A stretch of 64,000 nt of DNA from Selaginella moellendorffii (GCF_000143415.4 NW_003314289.1:1482293-1546292), one strand, 5' to 3'; counted from the first letter of the stretch, positions 26,385 to 38,180 are shown. Notes: generated by a model from the sequence alone, not told the origin. Translations and numbers: made by a program.

Positions 26385-27284
26385 CAATTCAGTAGCTTGA
26401 TAAACATGCAAATACAGAACTTGATGCAAAATCCTTGGATATGTCACAATGCCCCTAGGACCATAAACACATTTCAATAGAGAGGGTCCTTTCATTTCAT
26501 AACTCCTTACGTAGATCTTGGTGAAACCAGAGTTAGTGAAGTTGGTTTCTTGTGATCTCGCATCTGATTGTGATGTCCCTTTGCAGTGTCGATGGAAAGG
26601 TCAATGCACACCAAACTGTAGAATCTTGGAGCAAAATAACGGTCGGATCTATGGCAAATGCCCCTGAAACATTGTAAGGCTCGTGTGGTCTCATGTGGTG
26701 TCCGATCGAGATGCTTCTTTGCAGGGTCATCAAGAAGGACATTGTATACCATTCTGTAAAATCTAGTTGCGATCTAACGGTTGGATCTCCAGGAAACTCA
26801 AAACAATCTCGCGCGTGTCAGAATATTCTAGGAATATACTCCTATGTGCTCCTGAAAATGGCATGCGGCCCCACGCCATTCAAGAGATAACGCCAGATGA
26901 CACCGAGCATTTTTTGGTGCATTTTTTGGGATCAAAATTGCATGAGCCCACATGCTTGAACGTCACATCAAATCCTCTGACAATTTATTTAGCTGAACAT
27001 CTGGCATTTTTGGAAATACAAGATGCTTTGGAATATCCAATCATGCATGGTATAAATATAGCGAGGGTATTAAATGATATCCCAATCATGATCTTTCTTT
27101 TGGATTTCGCGTGCATGCAGTCCGAGGAATGATGACGTTGTGGATTTCTTTTGGATTTCACGCATGCGCGCGCCGATCCAGAAATTAATGGTGGCGCCCA
27201 AGTCCGAGAAATGATGACGTGGCGGGATTACCAACCGTCGTGACATTTCGCGCGTGTGAGGTTAGGTTTTGCATTTTGCTTCGT

Positions 27285-27470
27285 ACTCGCGCTCGCACAC
27301 TCGCGCTCGCATCGCGCTCCCACTCGCGCTCGCATCGCGCTCCCACTCGCGCTCGCATCGCGCTCCCACTCGCGCTCCCACTTCTCTACAGGTTTCTCGT
27401 GTGCATCGGCGTCCACTCGCGCTTGCATCACACTCGCGCTCGCATCGCGCTCGTGTGCATCGGCGTCCAC
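27285..27470. repeat. 23-bp CGCG-rich tandem repeat upstream of transposon gene 2
   Basis: Unit ACTCGCGCTCGCATCGCGCTCCC, ~4 copies plus partial copies. Confidence 0.88.
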
Positions 27471-27672
27471 TTCAAGACACACCCAGTTTGTAACTTCGCC
27501 GCCAACTCCGCCGCCCACTCCGCCACCCACACGCAGCCCACTTGGCGTCCCGGGAGATTTCAGCGCCACTCTCCAACTGTAAGTGGCAGAGTAGCCTTGC
27601 TGCTACGATCCGCTGCACACACAGTGCACATTCGCCAGCGAGTCCGGTTGTCACGCCTCCATTCGGCTTCAA

Positions 27673-30600
27673 ATGGTAAGTCTTTTAGGCCAAGTAGAAA
27701 ATGGCATGAGGCCACATGCCATTCAGTAGCAACATTGGCATGCACCGATTGGGCTCTCGAGTGCAGTCCGGTTACAGATGGCGTGTAGCCTCACGCCATC
27801 TTAGGATGCAGCCTCAAGACATCTGATGCAATGGTGAATGGCGTGTGGCCTCACGTTATTTCCAGCTACTAGCTTTTCATCTGTCAGCTCTAATTGTTGT
27901 GCATTTCTGAACAGGCGAGGAATTGCGTTCTTCTTCCAGCCACTGTTAATGTGGATGCAGAGAAGGGGGAGGAGCTCACCAGTTGGACTTTCGGGATAGA
28001 AGGCGAGGATCTGAGGCTGTACAACACAGATGGTGGGAGAAAAGAATGCATGGGGATCCTCATCCAAGTGACAGACACTCCATGCAGTTCCATGCAAGAA
28101 TATGGACTGGCACTTGTGGTAGAGACAGCGTCTGCATTCAAGATCCACCTTGCACATCCTAGCGGCTTCCCGGAGGGGGGCAGCGGCTATGAGGAATTCC
28201 TAGAGGGAGCTAGGGAGAGGTTGTCCAGGAGGCCCACAATTTCAAAGACACTGCGGGTCTATGAAGATCACATGGAATCCACGGACCTCACCTACGGCGA
28301 TGTTCAAAAACTATATTCCAACATTGAGCCGTTGAGAGTGACTCCAGTTCGCGAAGCAAAGGGGAAGGGGGTCGATCTGGAAACTACCTCGAAGCAGAAA
28401 AGGGTGGTCAAGCTCAAGCCGACGTCCGACTCTCCTGCTCCAAAAAAGAAGCTACTCAGTGATGCCATTGCCTCGGGTTCGAACACTACACCCACCAAAA
28501 AGAAGAGCCGCAAAGAGCAGAAAGAGCAAGAAGAGGCAGCAAAAATCGTCGCAGATAATAGTACTTGTTACTATTCTAACAAAGTATATACAATCGACGT
28601 GAGCCGTATCGACATCCAAAGCAAATACAACCACAGGCTAGTATCTGATGAGTGGGTGGAGAAACTGAAGAAGAAGATGCTGGCAAGTCCAGTAACACCC
28701 GACATCGCAGACGTGATCCCCTACTACCGAACAATGAAGGGCGAGACGAGGTTTCCAGACTTGATCAATAGGAAGGTGTTGGACGATCAGAACATCCGGT
28801 TCTATGCCGTCTCCGGGTAGCATTCTAGCTTAGCGATGCAAGAGATAGTTGTGGATATTATGGTGGGCGAGGAGGTGAAGAAAGTCTTCAAGACAAGAGT
28901 TGTCCGCCTGATAAAAGGCAACTCGCCCCTCCGATCTATCATATACATCTCCCACGCGCAGAATGTCAAGCAAGAAACGTGCTACAAATCGGGTCTGCAC
29001 GAGACATTGGCACGAACACGGAAGCTCTGGGTTCAACTGAAGAAGCCACAAAAACCAGGACAAGGACGTGCACTAGCAACTAGCGCCTGGCAGGTAAGCC
29101 TCGTTGTATGTGGCATAGCATGTGGCCTCACGCCATTTCCATTGCAGGAATTCTCGAGTCTTCTCTCGAAAACACTGGGGGTCAATGACACACTCAGCAT
29201 CCATAACATTCTACTCGCGACAAAAGTTGTTTTTGACAAATGGGTAGATGTGCTGAGGAGGTACCATGACGGGGAGTTGCTAAACTCAATGGGTGTGGAG
29301 GACGGCCGGAAGCCCAATGATTTGAAGCTCAACGCCTTGCGTTTCTCGCGGTCTCTAGACGACGACGACCTTCTAACAGTGGCTAATGCTCTTCTACGTG
29401 GTGAGGTAGTCTTCAACAAAACCAAAATGACTCCTGGCCATATTGTGACATACGAGGACTTGTGCACGACTCTGAGAGCTCGTGCGCTATTGAAGGATTG
29501 GATCTTCGAGCAAGTGGCCGTGGAGAGGGTGAGCATCGACACCACGCAAGAGATGATGGAAGCGCTAGAGTTGTCAAATGAAGACATCGACGAGTACGTG
29601 AAGGGGGCCCCCAAGTTCATCGATCTGCTGCGGGATGCCACGAAAAGTAAAGCTGAGAAGTTGGATCAGTATCCAAATTTCATTAAGATTGATGTCGACC
29701 GCCGGCTTCAGAAACAGCTCGACCCCGCAGCAGAGGCCTATCGAGAACCTTACCGGGTATACTTGAATTCGGATGAGGATCAAAGGTGGAGGAGCATCGT
29801 TTCCCGCGGAGATGAGCAGGTCAAGAACATCTTTTGTGTGATGGACTTCACAAACGAGGAGATCACTCATGCAGACGAAGTCAGCTCCATCATTGACTTA
29901 ATGGTGGGACTTGCGGAGGTGGAATCTTCAGTCCACTATATGATCTACGACTCCGAATCCTATCACAAGTTCTGGAAGGCCTTGAACGAGGTGAAGGCTC
30001 GGTTGAAAGGCAAGGAGATGCGGGAGATCCATGGGATAATGGCTAAGAAGAAGATACCGACGAATGTCCGCATCTTCACACTCGCCCTTGTTATTGGTCC
30101 TGCAGCAGAGTGGGACTGGAGTGACTTCCCAGCTTCGTTCGACAAGGCCAATCGAATTGATCTGAGGGAGGTCAATTTACCCGTGCCTGAGGAACTGAAG
30201 ACGGCTATGGAGCTTTCGAATCCAAAGAAAGCTCCAGGTGCAGCATGGGAAATGCTCAGCTGGGTCTTCAACGCAATAGCGGGTGGGTCACCTGCTTCCG
30301 ACTCCAAGGGCAAATGCGTTGTCGAGTACAACTGCGGCGGACTATTCTTTCGAGCCGCACTACTCAAGGGTGTCCCGTGTGTTGCGGTGACAAACTCCAT
30401 TGAAGAGATGACTTCAATGGAGCATATAATTACAGTTGCCAAAGAAAAACAGTATCTTCTCTGCGAACCTGGTGAGTACGCACTTTAAGTTTAAATGTTA
30501 TCTCACAAGCTCTGTATGCAGGAGCGTGGCCACCCCCAGATGCTGAAACGGCGTTAACAGCTACTGTTGAAGATACCCATGTTGGGCCGAGCTCACAACC

Positions 30601-33295
30601 TGCACAAGGTAAGGTCACGTGAGGCCTCACGCCATTTTGATTATAGATCGTTGTGAATATTCAGACACGAGGACTGAAAAGCGCACTGGTGGTGCGTCGA
30701 AGAAGGACAAACAGAAAAGCAATAGGAAAAAAGGAGGTACAAATTATATTTGCAATGGCGTGTGGTCTCATGCCATTCCTTGCAAGAGACACTTCTTCAA
30801 AGGCAAAACAGGCAAGCACCAGCCAAGCTCAAACTGACAGTGGTCATAAAAAGCGAAAGCACGTTGGACAGTCGTCGAGATCAGAGGCGTTTGATTCGAA
30901 AAGGAAGAAGGGCAACGAAAAGATGATAGGTAATGCCTCGCGGTTATGGCGTGTGTGCTCATGCCATTCATTGCAGATCAAGGGCTGAGTGAAAGCAGGC
31001 AGTCGCCACCTCATGACTCAGATTCCTATGGCGTACTCCCCTTCCCCAATCTCAATGGAGAGGTACAATGGATGAGGGAAGCTTTTCAAGGCAGGGCCAC
31101 GTTTTTCTCATCTTGTCGTCTTCGAAAGGTGCAAGAACATGCAGAAACCATGTTAAGACAGTCGGGTGAGGATACGGTCCTAGGTCACGCACTAAAACAG
31201 GCTATGGATGTCTTGTATTTTGAGATGGAGACTCGGCCAGATGATTTTCCCAAGATGGTCCTGGAAGAACAAGCCATCCAGCCTGAGCAGCCTATGGAAG
31301 AAATGCAGGAGGGGGATGAGGAGCCAGAGAAAGATAATGAGCAAGAAGAGCAGAAGGACGAAGAGGAGGACAAAGAAGAGGAGGACGAAGAAGAGGAGGA
31401 CAAAGAGGACTTGGATGGTCCTCACAATGGTGACGATCACAATAACGACGACGACGATGATGACGACGATGGCCAGCCTGAGGTGGCCAAAGAGCGGCGG
31501 AGGAAGGTCATACAAGACAAACCATCAGGTAAATAATAATACATCCATTCCTAACCTTTTACCATTTCTAACATTGTCCATGTAGGTCGCAGAGCAAATG
31601 GTAAGTAGAGATTATTCAATTGAATTTACAAACTCTAGCCTTTAGTGTCGAGGAAGGATAGTGCCAAGCAAGGGTCGAAACGTATGTCCAATCCTTCAGA
31701 ATCAGCAGTGCGCTCAAGTGATATCGGTCCTAGTTCCTCAATAGCAGTTGATGGTAAATACAGCATAGTCGATTCAATGTGCTAATGAGTTTGTTTTTAG
31801 TAGCACGGGAGGATACCATCTCAATCGAAGGGAGATATTTGGACATGCATATGGATCCGCCAGTGGACTCTACTTGGCTGCAAGAGTCATCAGAGCTGGT
31901 GGAGGCTACTATCCATATCAACGCCAAGCAAGCTGACCACGCTCCACTTGATGCTGCCCATACCACTGAGTCAATCTTGTCCACGTATCCAACTGACGGT
32001 GACCAGGCGCCATTGGACCCACATGAGGCCGCCCCAGCCGCCGAGCCGGTCGTATCCTCATTTCCAATGGACTCAACGTGTGCCCAATCGTCTGACTACG
32101 CGCCGTTGGAACCTCCCTACACCGCCCCTGCTGCCTGTTCGGTCATGTCCACTTTGCCAACGGAGGCACCAGCTGAAATGGCGTGTGATCACATGCCATC
32201 GGAACCACCCCATGCCACTGTTGAGCCAGTTGTACCAGAGTCTACAGCTGAAATGGCATGTGCCCACACGCCATCGGATGCGATTGACCCCACATTGCAG
32301 AGGAGAGTATTTCCGCCCTTCACGTTTCCTCGACCAAAACCCTCTCAACGACCATCGGGAGCAACATTCGCTAATATTGTAGATGGTAAAATTGACTTGT
32401 ACCATTTTTTATGCTGATGCATTTCATTTCAGAGTCACGGCGAAGGTACTGTATCGTTTTTGATCTGAACGGTGTCCTTTTCTCCCATGAGTGTGGCTCG
32501 TCCTCAAATGTCATTGCACCCTCCAAAACCTGCGGTCGCAAGTTGGTCAAAAGAGACAGATTCACATTAATCACACGGGAGAAACTGCGGGATCTAATAA
32601 TGACCATGCGACACTTAAAACAGAGGGCCGGGTTCAATTTGCAATTGGGAGTTTGGATATCCATGATGCGCCACAATGCATTAACGTTGCTACAGATGAT
32701 GCACGATCAGACGCGAGTAATATTACCATTTGACTTTCTCCTAACGCAGGAGGATTGCTTGACTATGGTCCATGTGAGGGGTAGCAAGCCCATCTTCGTC
32801 AAGCCAGAGGCTGTAGTGATGAACCGGACTGCTAGCTCAAGTGAAATCCTCATCATCGATGACTCGCCGATTAAAACTGCAGCGAACACGCACACATATG
32901 CAGTGCACCCCATCTCTTGCAGTATGGAAACTAGGGAGAAGAAACCGTATGTTCTGGGGGACCTTGCAAAACGGCTTGGAGCGATGGTGATAGAGAACCG
33001 GCCAGTCTAGGAGGTGGCTGCAGAAATCAACCAAATGGCAGATGGAACGGTATATCAGAAGCCATTTGATCGGACAGACACCAGTCATCATTTATGGCAT
33101 GTATATTGTCTAGCCAAGCACTATCCGCATCTCCATAATCTGCTCAACCGGATGGGTTCTTCGACCACTGAACATGAGCGTGGACGTATTAGAGAAGAGA
33201 TGGCATTACTATTGGGTTTAAATCCTGATAGTGTGGAGAGTGATGAAATTCCAAGATTATTGTATAGGCGTTGGAGGCAAAAAATAACAGTCTGA
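27673..33295 (+). pseudogene. Transposon accessory gene (11 exons, ~1640 codons): ParB-like domain, methyltransferase-like fold, acidic linker, FCP1/HAD-like domain; two in-frame TAG stops
   Basis: Phase-consistent introns 27676-27914, 29094-29147, 30472-30521, 30609-30664, 30737-30788, 30930-30976, 31529-31585, 31601-31645, 31754-31803 and 32386-32432 join all the ORF pieces. Motifs FYAVSG*HS, VVEYNCGG...AALLKG, IVFDLNGVL and IIDDSP. Stops at 28818 and 33008. Confidence 0.7.
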
Positions 33296-34509
33296 GATGG
33301 CATGTATTTATTTAAAAATGTAACTTATTATGGCATGGGGTTCCATGCAATTGTATTAATATTAAAAGACAATTCTTTGAGAGGATTTGCATTATACTAG
33401 AAGTGTTACAGCATGTTATTGGAAGTCTACGAAGTTGTTTTATTAATAATGGGAAAGTAAAGATTGAATGGGGACTTGGGCTCCACCTAGACTCGGAGCA
33501 ACTGAGCCAATATTAAAAGGATGGAAAGAAATTGGACGACGATGACAAGGAGAAGAGAGAGGTGAAGCAGTGGCAGGGGGAGGAGAAGTGATTGAGTAGA
33601 CATTTCCTTGTTTAAAATAAAATGGCATGTGCCTCAATGCAGTTGAATTTTGTTATATTTATATACTATATAAAGGTTTGGAAACCTTATTTTACAAGTG
33701 GGATAATGACAATTCCCACTTTAACGAAATAGAGCTTAGATGCAAAAGTAAGTTTTGCTGATGGTCGTAAGTTTGAATCAATAATGGTCTTAGAGGATGG
33801 CTAGAGATAGGATATATCATTTGCTACAATAGCATTTGGTGGACAACAATATATATATATACCTATATATATTTGTATATATATACACATATATTACCCT
33901 ACCTAAATAATATGCTAAGTATAGTACTATAGCCTATAAATCATTTATTTAGGACTAAATTTGGTCCATCCATTCATATATATGAGTAGAGGTTTAAACC
34001 CAATTAATATATTTATTCCACTCATATACTTATATTTTTAAATAATTTGTTGCGTGTTACATATAACAATGCTTGGTTTGCTCAATAGTAGTATTATTCC
34101 TATTTAATAACTTTATTAATAAAAAATTATAAACATATAAATACAAGATTAATTTTATTGAATATTAAATCATTAGATGATAAAGTAAATTAGAATATGC
34201 TTAGAAGTGTTTAGGAAAGTTTATAACTTATAAATACAAGATTAATCTAAATAAATAACAACCATTAGATGGTAGAATATCCTAAAATATCCAGCCATAT
34301 TCAAATTAAACAAACCAAAAAAGACTTAAAAGACTTGTGTTGTAGTATTGATCTAAAGCAAGCTTTTTGAGTTAGCAAACCCAAAAGACTTGATTCATCA
34401 TCGAGCTTAAAGGTCCTATAGTGTGTCTTCCCACAGATTCATCTTCATGATCTAGAACAAATTCATGCAAGCTATTACAGATTAATCCTGTCTCTGCTGC
34501 AATTGAACT

Positions 34510-35150
34510 TTAGAGCTTTGATGAATGGTGTTTGTATGCTTGAGGCTCCACTGATCTAGTAGCTTCTTCTGCAGGTGCTCCAAGATTCGCAACCACCTTG
34601 AACTGGAGATAGGGGCTTAGAAACATCAGCTTCCTGTTGCTATCCCAAAGCGGGTGCATGGATGACCAGGATGTGTGTGAGCAGGATCCAAGCTCCTCCA
34701 TGATTTCTTGGCTTGCAACCATCGCCTCAAACTTCTTCAGATACAGCTCATTCACTTAGGCCATGAAAGCCACCATAGCAGCTTGGGCATTTGATCTGTA
34801 AGAGTGTCCAGACTCTCCAGTGTGGACTCCAGCAGCTTGGATTGCACAATCCAGGTTGCCAGCACCTTGGAATTGGAAGGCCTGTGCCACCCAAAGCAGG
34901 AAACAACAAAACTTGTGGTATAAGGTTTGGAGGTACATGATAAAGTGCCCAGGTGGCATGGAGGCTTCAGTGATGCCTAGAGGGATCTACAATCTAGCAT
35001 TTATGGTTGAGATCAAAGTGGATCGTGGTGTCTTCCGTGGCATCTGATCGAACACATGTTGTGCCTCCTCCATATGACAAGCCACCAGCATTACCACCCA
35101 AGTGAAGCCGTTCTTCTCTCTGACGTCGTTGAAAGCTCTCCAAGTTATGG
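34510..35150 (-). pseudogene. Degenerate PLS-class PPR gene fragment
   Basis: Translates in pieces to AFNDVREKNGFTW, EEAQHVFDQMP, HKFCC and an E-motif-like end; stops and frameshifts present. Confidence 0.5.
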
Positions 35151-36866
35151 AGTAGGAGTGTTTAAGGATTTGTGGCCCATCCTTGTATTTATCTGTGTTT
35201 ACTAGCTAATAGTGATCTTTAGAAGTTTGTGGGATCTTTCTATGTATTTGAGAGACCCTTCTACAGCATGTTCCAGTGCCTCAACTCCCTCACCGTGGGG
35301 TTTCTTATGGAGAGACTTTAACATGTCTTATGGTTCTTATGGCCCGAAGAGTTTTGTGAGTTTCTTAGGGAGACTTTAACGTGTCTTTTCCACTTGTGCC
35401 CATGCCTTTGGCAACTCTTTTGGGGCTGCATGTGGGCAAGATCAATGCTCAAGAGCCTTGGTCAATGCTTTTGTAGTTTGGGCCAGTGACACGTGGACCA
35501 GTCACAATGAGTTCAATTCATCAACCTTACCTTAGGAGTTCAGTTATGATATGCTAGTCTTTTATTAGTTTTTCTAAAAATAGATCTAGCTGCTCCAGGA
35601 ATCTTGGAACCATCAAAGTGGCTCACATGACAAATTGGTCAATCTTGGATAGGAGGGGAGGTACACATGGAAACTGTCAGCAGTAAATAGCAATTTCTGG
35701 GCAGCAGGTGAGCCTCCAATAGCAAAGAGTGGATTTTAGTGCCTCGTACTCAGCTGTGAGCAACATAGGACATTCCGAAGGTTGAGTTACAAATAGACCA
35801 CCATATAAGTCTGGTTTATAAATAAAAAAACCTATAAACAAATAATATCCATTTTAAAATAAGTTTTTGCACTTTGCTTGGTTTACTTAATACTAGTGTT
35901 ATTCTTATTATTAGTCCAATTGATCAAATGGAAATTATAAATATGTTTATAAATCATAAATGCAAGATTAATCTAAATGAATAACAACCGTTAGATGGTA
36001 AAATATCCTATATAATAAATCACAAACAAACCAAAAAAGCTTCACATTAGCAATATTTTAATATCTCACAAAGATAATATGTAAGGAAGAATTTCATCTC
36101 TCTTAGTTTTTCTTTTAAAATTGAAAATTTTCTAAAACCATTGACAAAGAGCAAATTTAAGAATTAGTACAATAAAATCAGGTGTTCCTTATAGACAAAT
36201 AAATTGCTAAATATTGGATTGAGGAAACTTGATATTCCTCAAGAAAAAAGGTGGTAGAATCTTTATTATCCTACATAAGTTATTTTGTGCCTCTTCCATG
36301 TTGGCTGTTTGTATGTATTTATGTAATGCCTTTTTGAAAGGTTCCTGTTTAGAGTCGTTTAACACAAGCTCATGGTGCGTGGATCATTACAAAAGCAATC
36401 TCTAGGTAGATGCGCAGGCGGTTGTGCGTTTCAGGGGTAGAACCGATGATCAAATAGATCCATACTCTGAACTGGGGCGAAGACATCTACTCATCCAGTC
36501 TCGCCAAGCCTGACTTATAGTACAGCTCATAGCTTGATATTCCTAAAGAAAGAAATGGAACAATTCTCAATTTGAAGTTATGACTATTTCATTTGATGGC
36601 CACACATACGATTACACAAAACAAGGTGAAAGAAAATCACGAAACAACGATGAAACTAGAAACCTGTTAGCTTCCTTCTTCGGACTAGACTGCTTGATTT
36701 TTAGAAGCTCCAATTCACATGGTTATTACGTTCCCGCGACCAAATCCATCCTGCAAGGAAGAGGACAACATCAAAAAATCAATCTCTCGCACTCGCATAC
36801 CTGGATGAGTGTTGTCGACGATGCAGAGTTTGGCGTACTGCCGTGAAGCCGAGCGGAGACAAATTC

Positions 36867-38180
36867 CTAGTCCGAGTCGTCGTACACGCCCTCGTCGTCG
36901 GAGATCTCATCGAAGGTCCTCATGTCCAGCTGGTAGCGCAAGATCCCTCCGATCCCTCCAAAGCCCCGGCAAAACTGCGACCCCTCCTGGGACTTGTTGG
37001 TGATGAACTCGAGCGTGCACCCAAACCGCCGGTACTCGTTCGCAAACCACTCGAGCAGCGCGATCTTGTCCTGCACCTCCAGCTCCGCCTGCGTCTCCGG
37101 GTCCCGGAAGTGCGACTGGTCCGACTCGTGCTCCTTGCTCAGGTGCTTGATGATGATCTCCCCGCTCACCGAGTGCTTGAGCGTGTAGCGCATCACCTCC
37201 AGCGCCTCCCACACGATGAGCGTCTCCACCGCCCCCATCTCCAGCGCCTTGAGCGTGTCATCGATGCCAAACACGTACTTGCCCGTGTCCTGGCTGATCT
37301 CCTCAAAGTACTTGCCAATCAGCCGCTTCTCCTGGATGAACTTGACGTTGGACAGGATCTCGGCCGAGAGCTCGATCGCCTGGTTGAACCCATTCTCCCC
37401 GCCGTAGGAAACGTCCACCACGTTGAGCACCTTGGTCTGGAGCCGTGGATCAAACATGTCCGACTGCCCGAGCTCCGTCTTGAAGTCCGCCGACCCCGCG
37501 AGGATGAGCCCGGCAACGTTGGGCTGGCTCGTCACCGGGTTGACGAAGAACTGCGTCGCTAGCTCCGCGGTCTTCCTCACGTAGTTGTGCCTCTTCTCCA
37601 TCCGGAGCCTCGCGAAACGCAGCGCCGACTGCCCTCCACGGCCGTGCTTCTTGGGCAGATCCACCGTGAACTTGTGGAGAACCTCGCGAGTGTTGCCGCT
37701 GAGCGTGCCAAAGAGGGTCCCGTTTCCATCCATGATGATGAAGCCGAACTTCTCGTCGGACTCCAGGAGCTCGTTGAGCGCCTCGGTGTGGAACTTGTTG
37801 TCGCAGAGGTAGAGCGACGCGTTGATGGGCTTGAAAGGCTCGAAGTCGATGGTCACCTTCTTCTCCTTGCCGTCCTCGGTGACGATGGTGCCCGTGTAGA
37901 GCACCAGGCCATTGGGCGGCACCTTGTTGTAGAGCTTGAGGCGCTGCTGGGCGGAGGTGATGGCGCCGAGCACCGACTGGCGATTCACGCGGTTCTTGAT
38001 GTTGGAGGCCGTGCCGAATTCGTCGCCAAGCATCTTCTGGACGCGATTGACCTGGTCGCGCGGCGGCATGATGAGCGAGATCATGCTGGTGCCGTTGCCC
38101 CTCGCGGATTCCAGCGCCTTGATCAGCTTTTTGATCTTCCATATCTCGATGTTCTTGTCGGTCTCAGCGCCGTCCGCCAT
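36867..38180 (-). CDS. eRF1: Eukaryotic peptide chain release factor 1; intronless CDS with probable UTR introns (38183-38239 and 36751-36800)
   Basis: GTS, TASNIK, YLCDNKF and GRGGQS motifs; C-terminal [11 protein letters not shown]. Confidence 0.97.
   Translation of the reverse strand: MADGAETDKNIEIWKIKKLIKALESARGNGTSMISLIMPPRDQVNRVQKMLGDEFGTASNIKNRVNRQSVLGAITSAQQRLKLYNKVPPNGLVLYTGTIVTEDGKEKKVTIDFEPFKPINASLYLCDNKFHTEALNELLESDEKFGFIIMDGNGTLFGTLSGNTREVLHKFTVDLPKKHGRGGQSALRFARLRMEKRHNYVRKTAELATQFFVNPVTSQPNVAGLILAGSADFKTELGQSDMFDPRLQTKVLNVVDVSYGGENGFNQAIELSAEILSNVKFIQEKRLIGKYFEEISQDTGKYVFGIDDTLKALEMGAVETLIVWEALEVMRYTLKHSVSGEIIIKHLSKEHESDQSHFRDPETQAELEVQDKIALLEWFANEYRRFGCTLEFITNKSQEGSQFCRGFGGIGGILRYQLDMRTFDEISDDEGVYDDSD

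Larger units (their letters stand above)
20859..33640. repeat. Dispersed 22-bp palindrome family ATGGCRTG-(W)GGCC(W)-CAYGCCAT, ~20 near-complete copies plus half sites
   Basis: Copies start at 20859, 21559, 21719, 21865, 23207, 23264, 25110, 25180, 25278, 25920, 26858, 27701, 27778, 27838, 29115, 30614, 30755, 30946, 32178, 32253, 33330 and 33622. Confidence 0.9.
20317..33737. mobile_element. 13.4-kb TIR DNA transposon, Sola-like, with two divergent genes
   Basis: Perfect 24-bp TIRs AAGCTCTATTTCGTTAAAGTGGGA (20317-20340 and 33714-33737). Direct repeat AGAT on both flanks (20313-20316 and 33738-33741). Internal DDD-type transposase. Confidence 0.88.

Noticed and set aside
28818-28826. Programmed stop readthrough linked to the nearby eRF1 gene
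   Set aside because: TAG CAT TCT is not the CARYYA leaky context. C->T decay explains it, and the adjacency to eRF1 is most likely chance.
20859-33640. Palindromes as a CRISPR array or as MITE/introner insertions
   Set aside because: Spacing is irregular (tens of bp to kb), there are no cas genes, copies lack individual TSDs, and intron ends are not formed by the palindrome arms.
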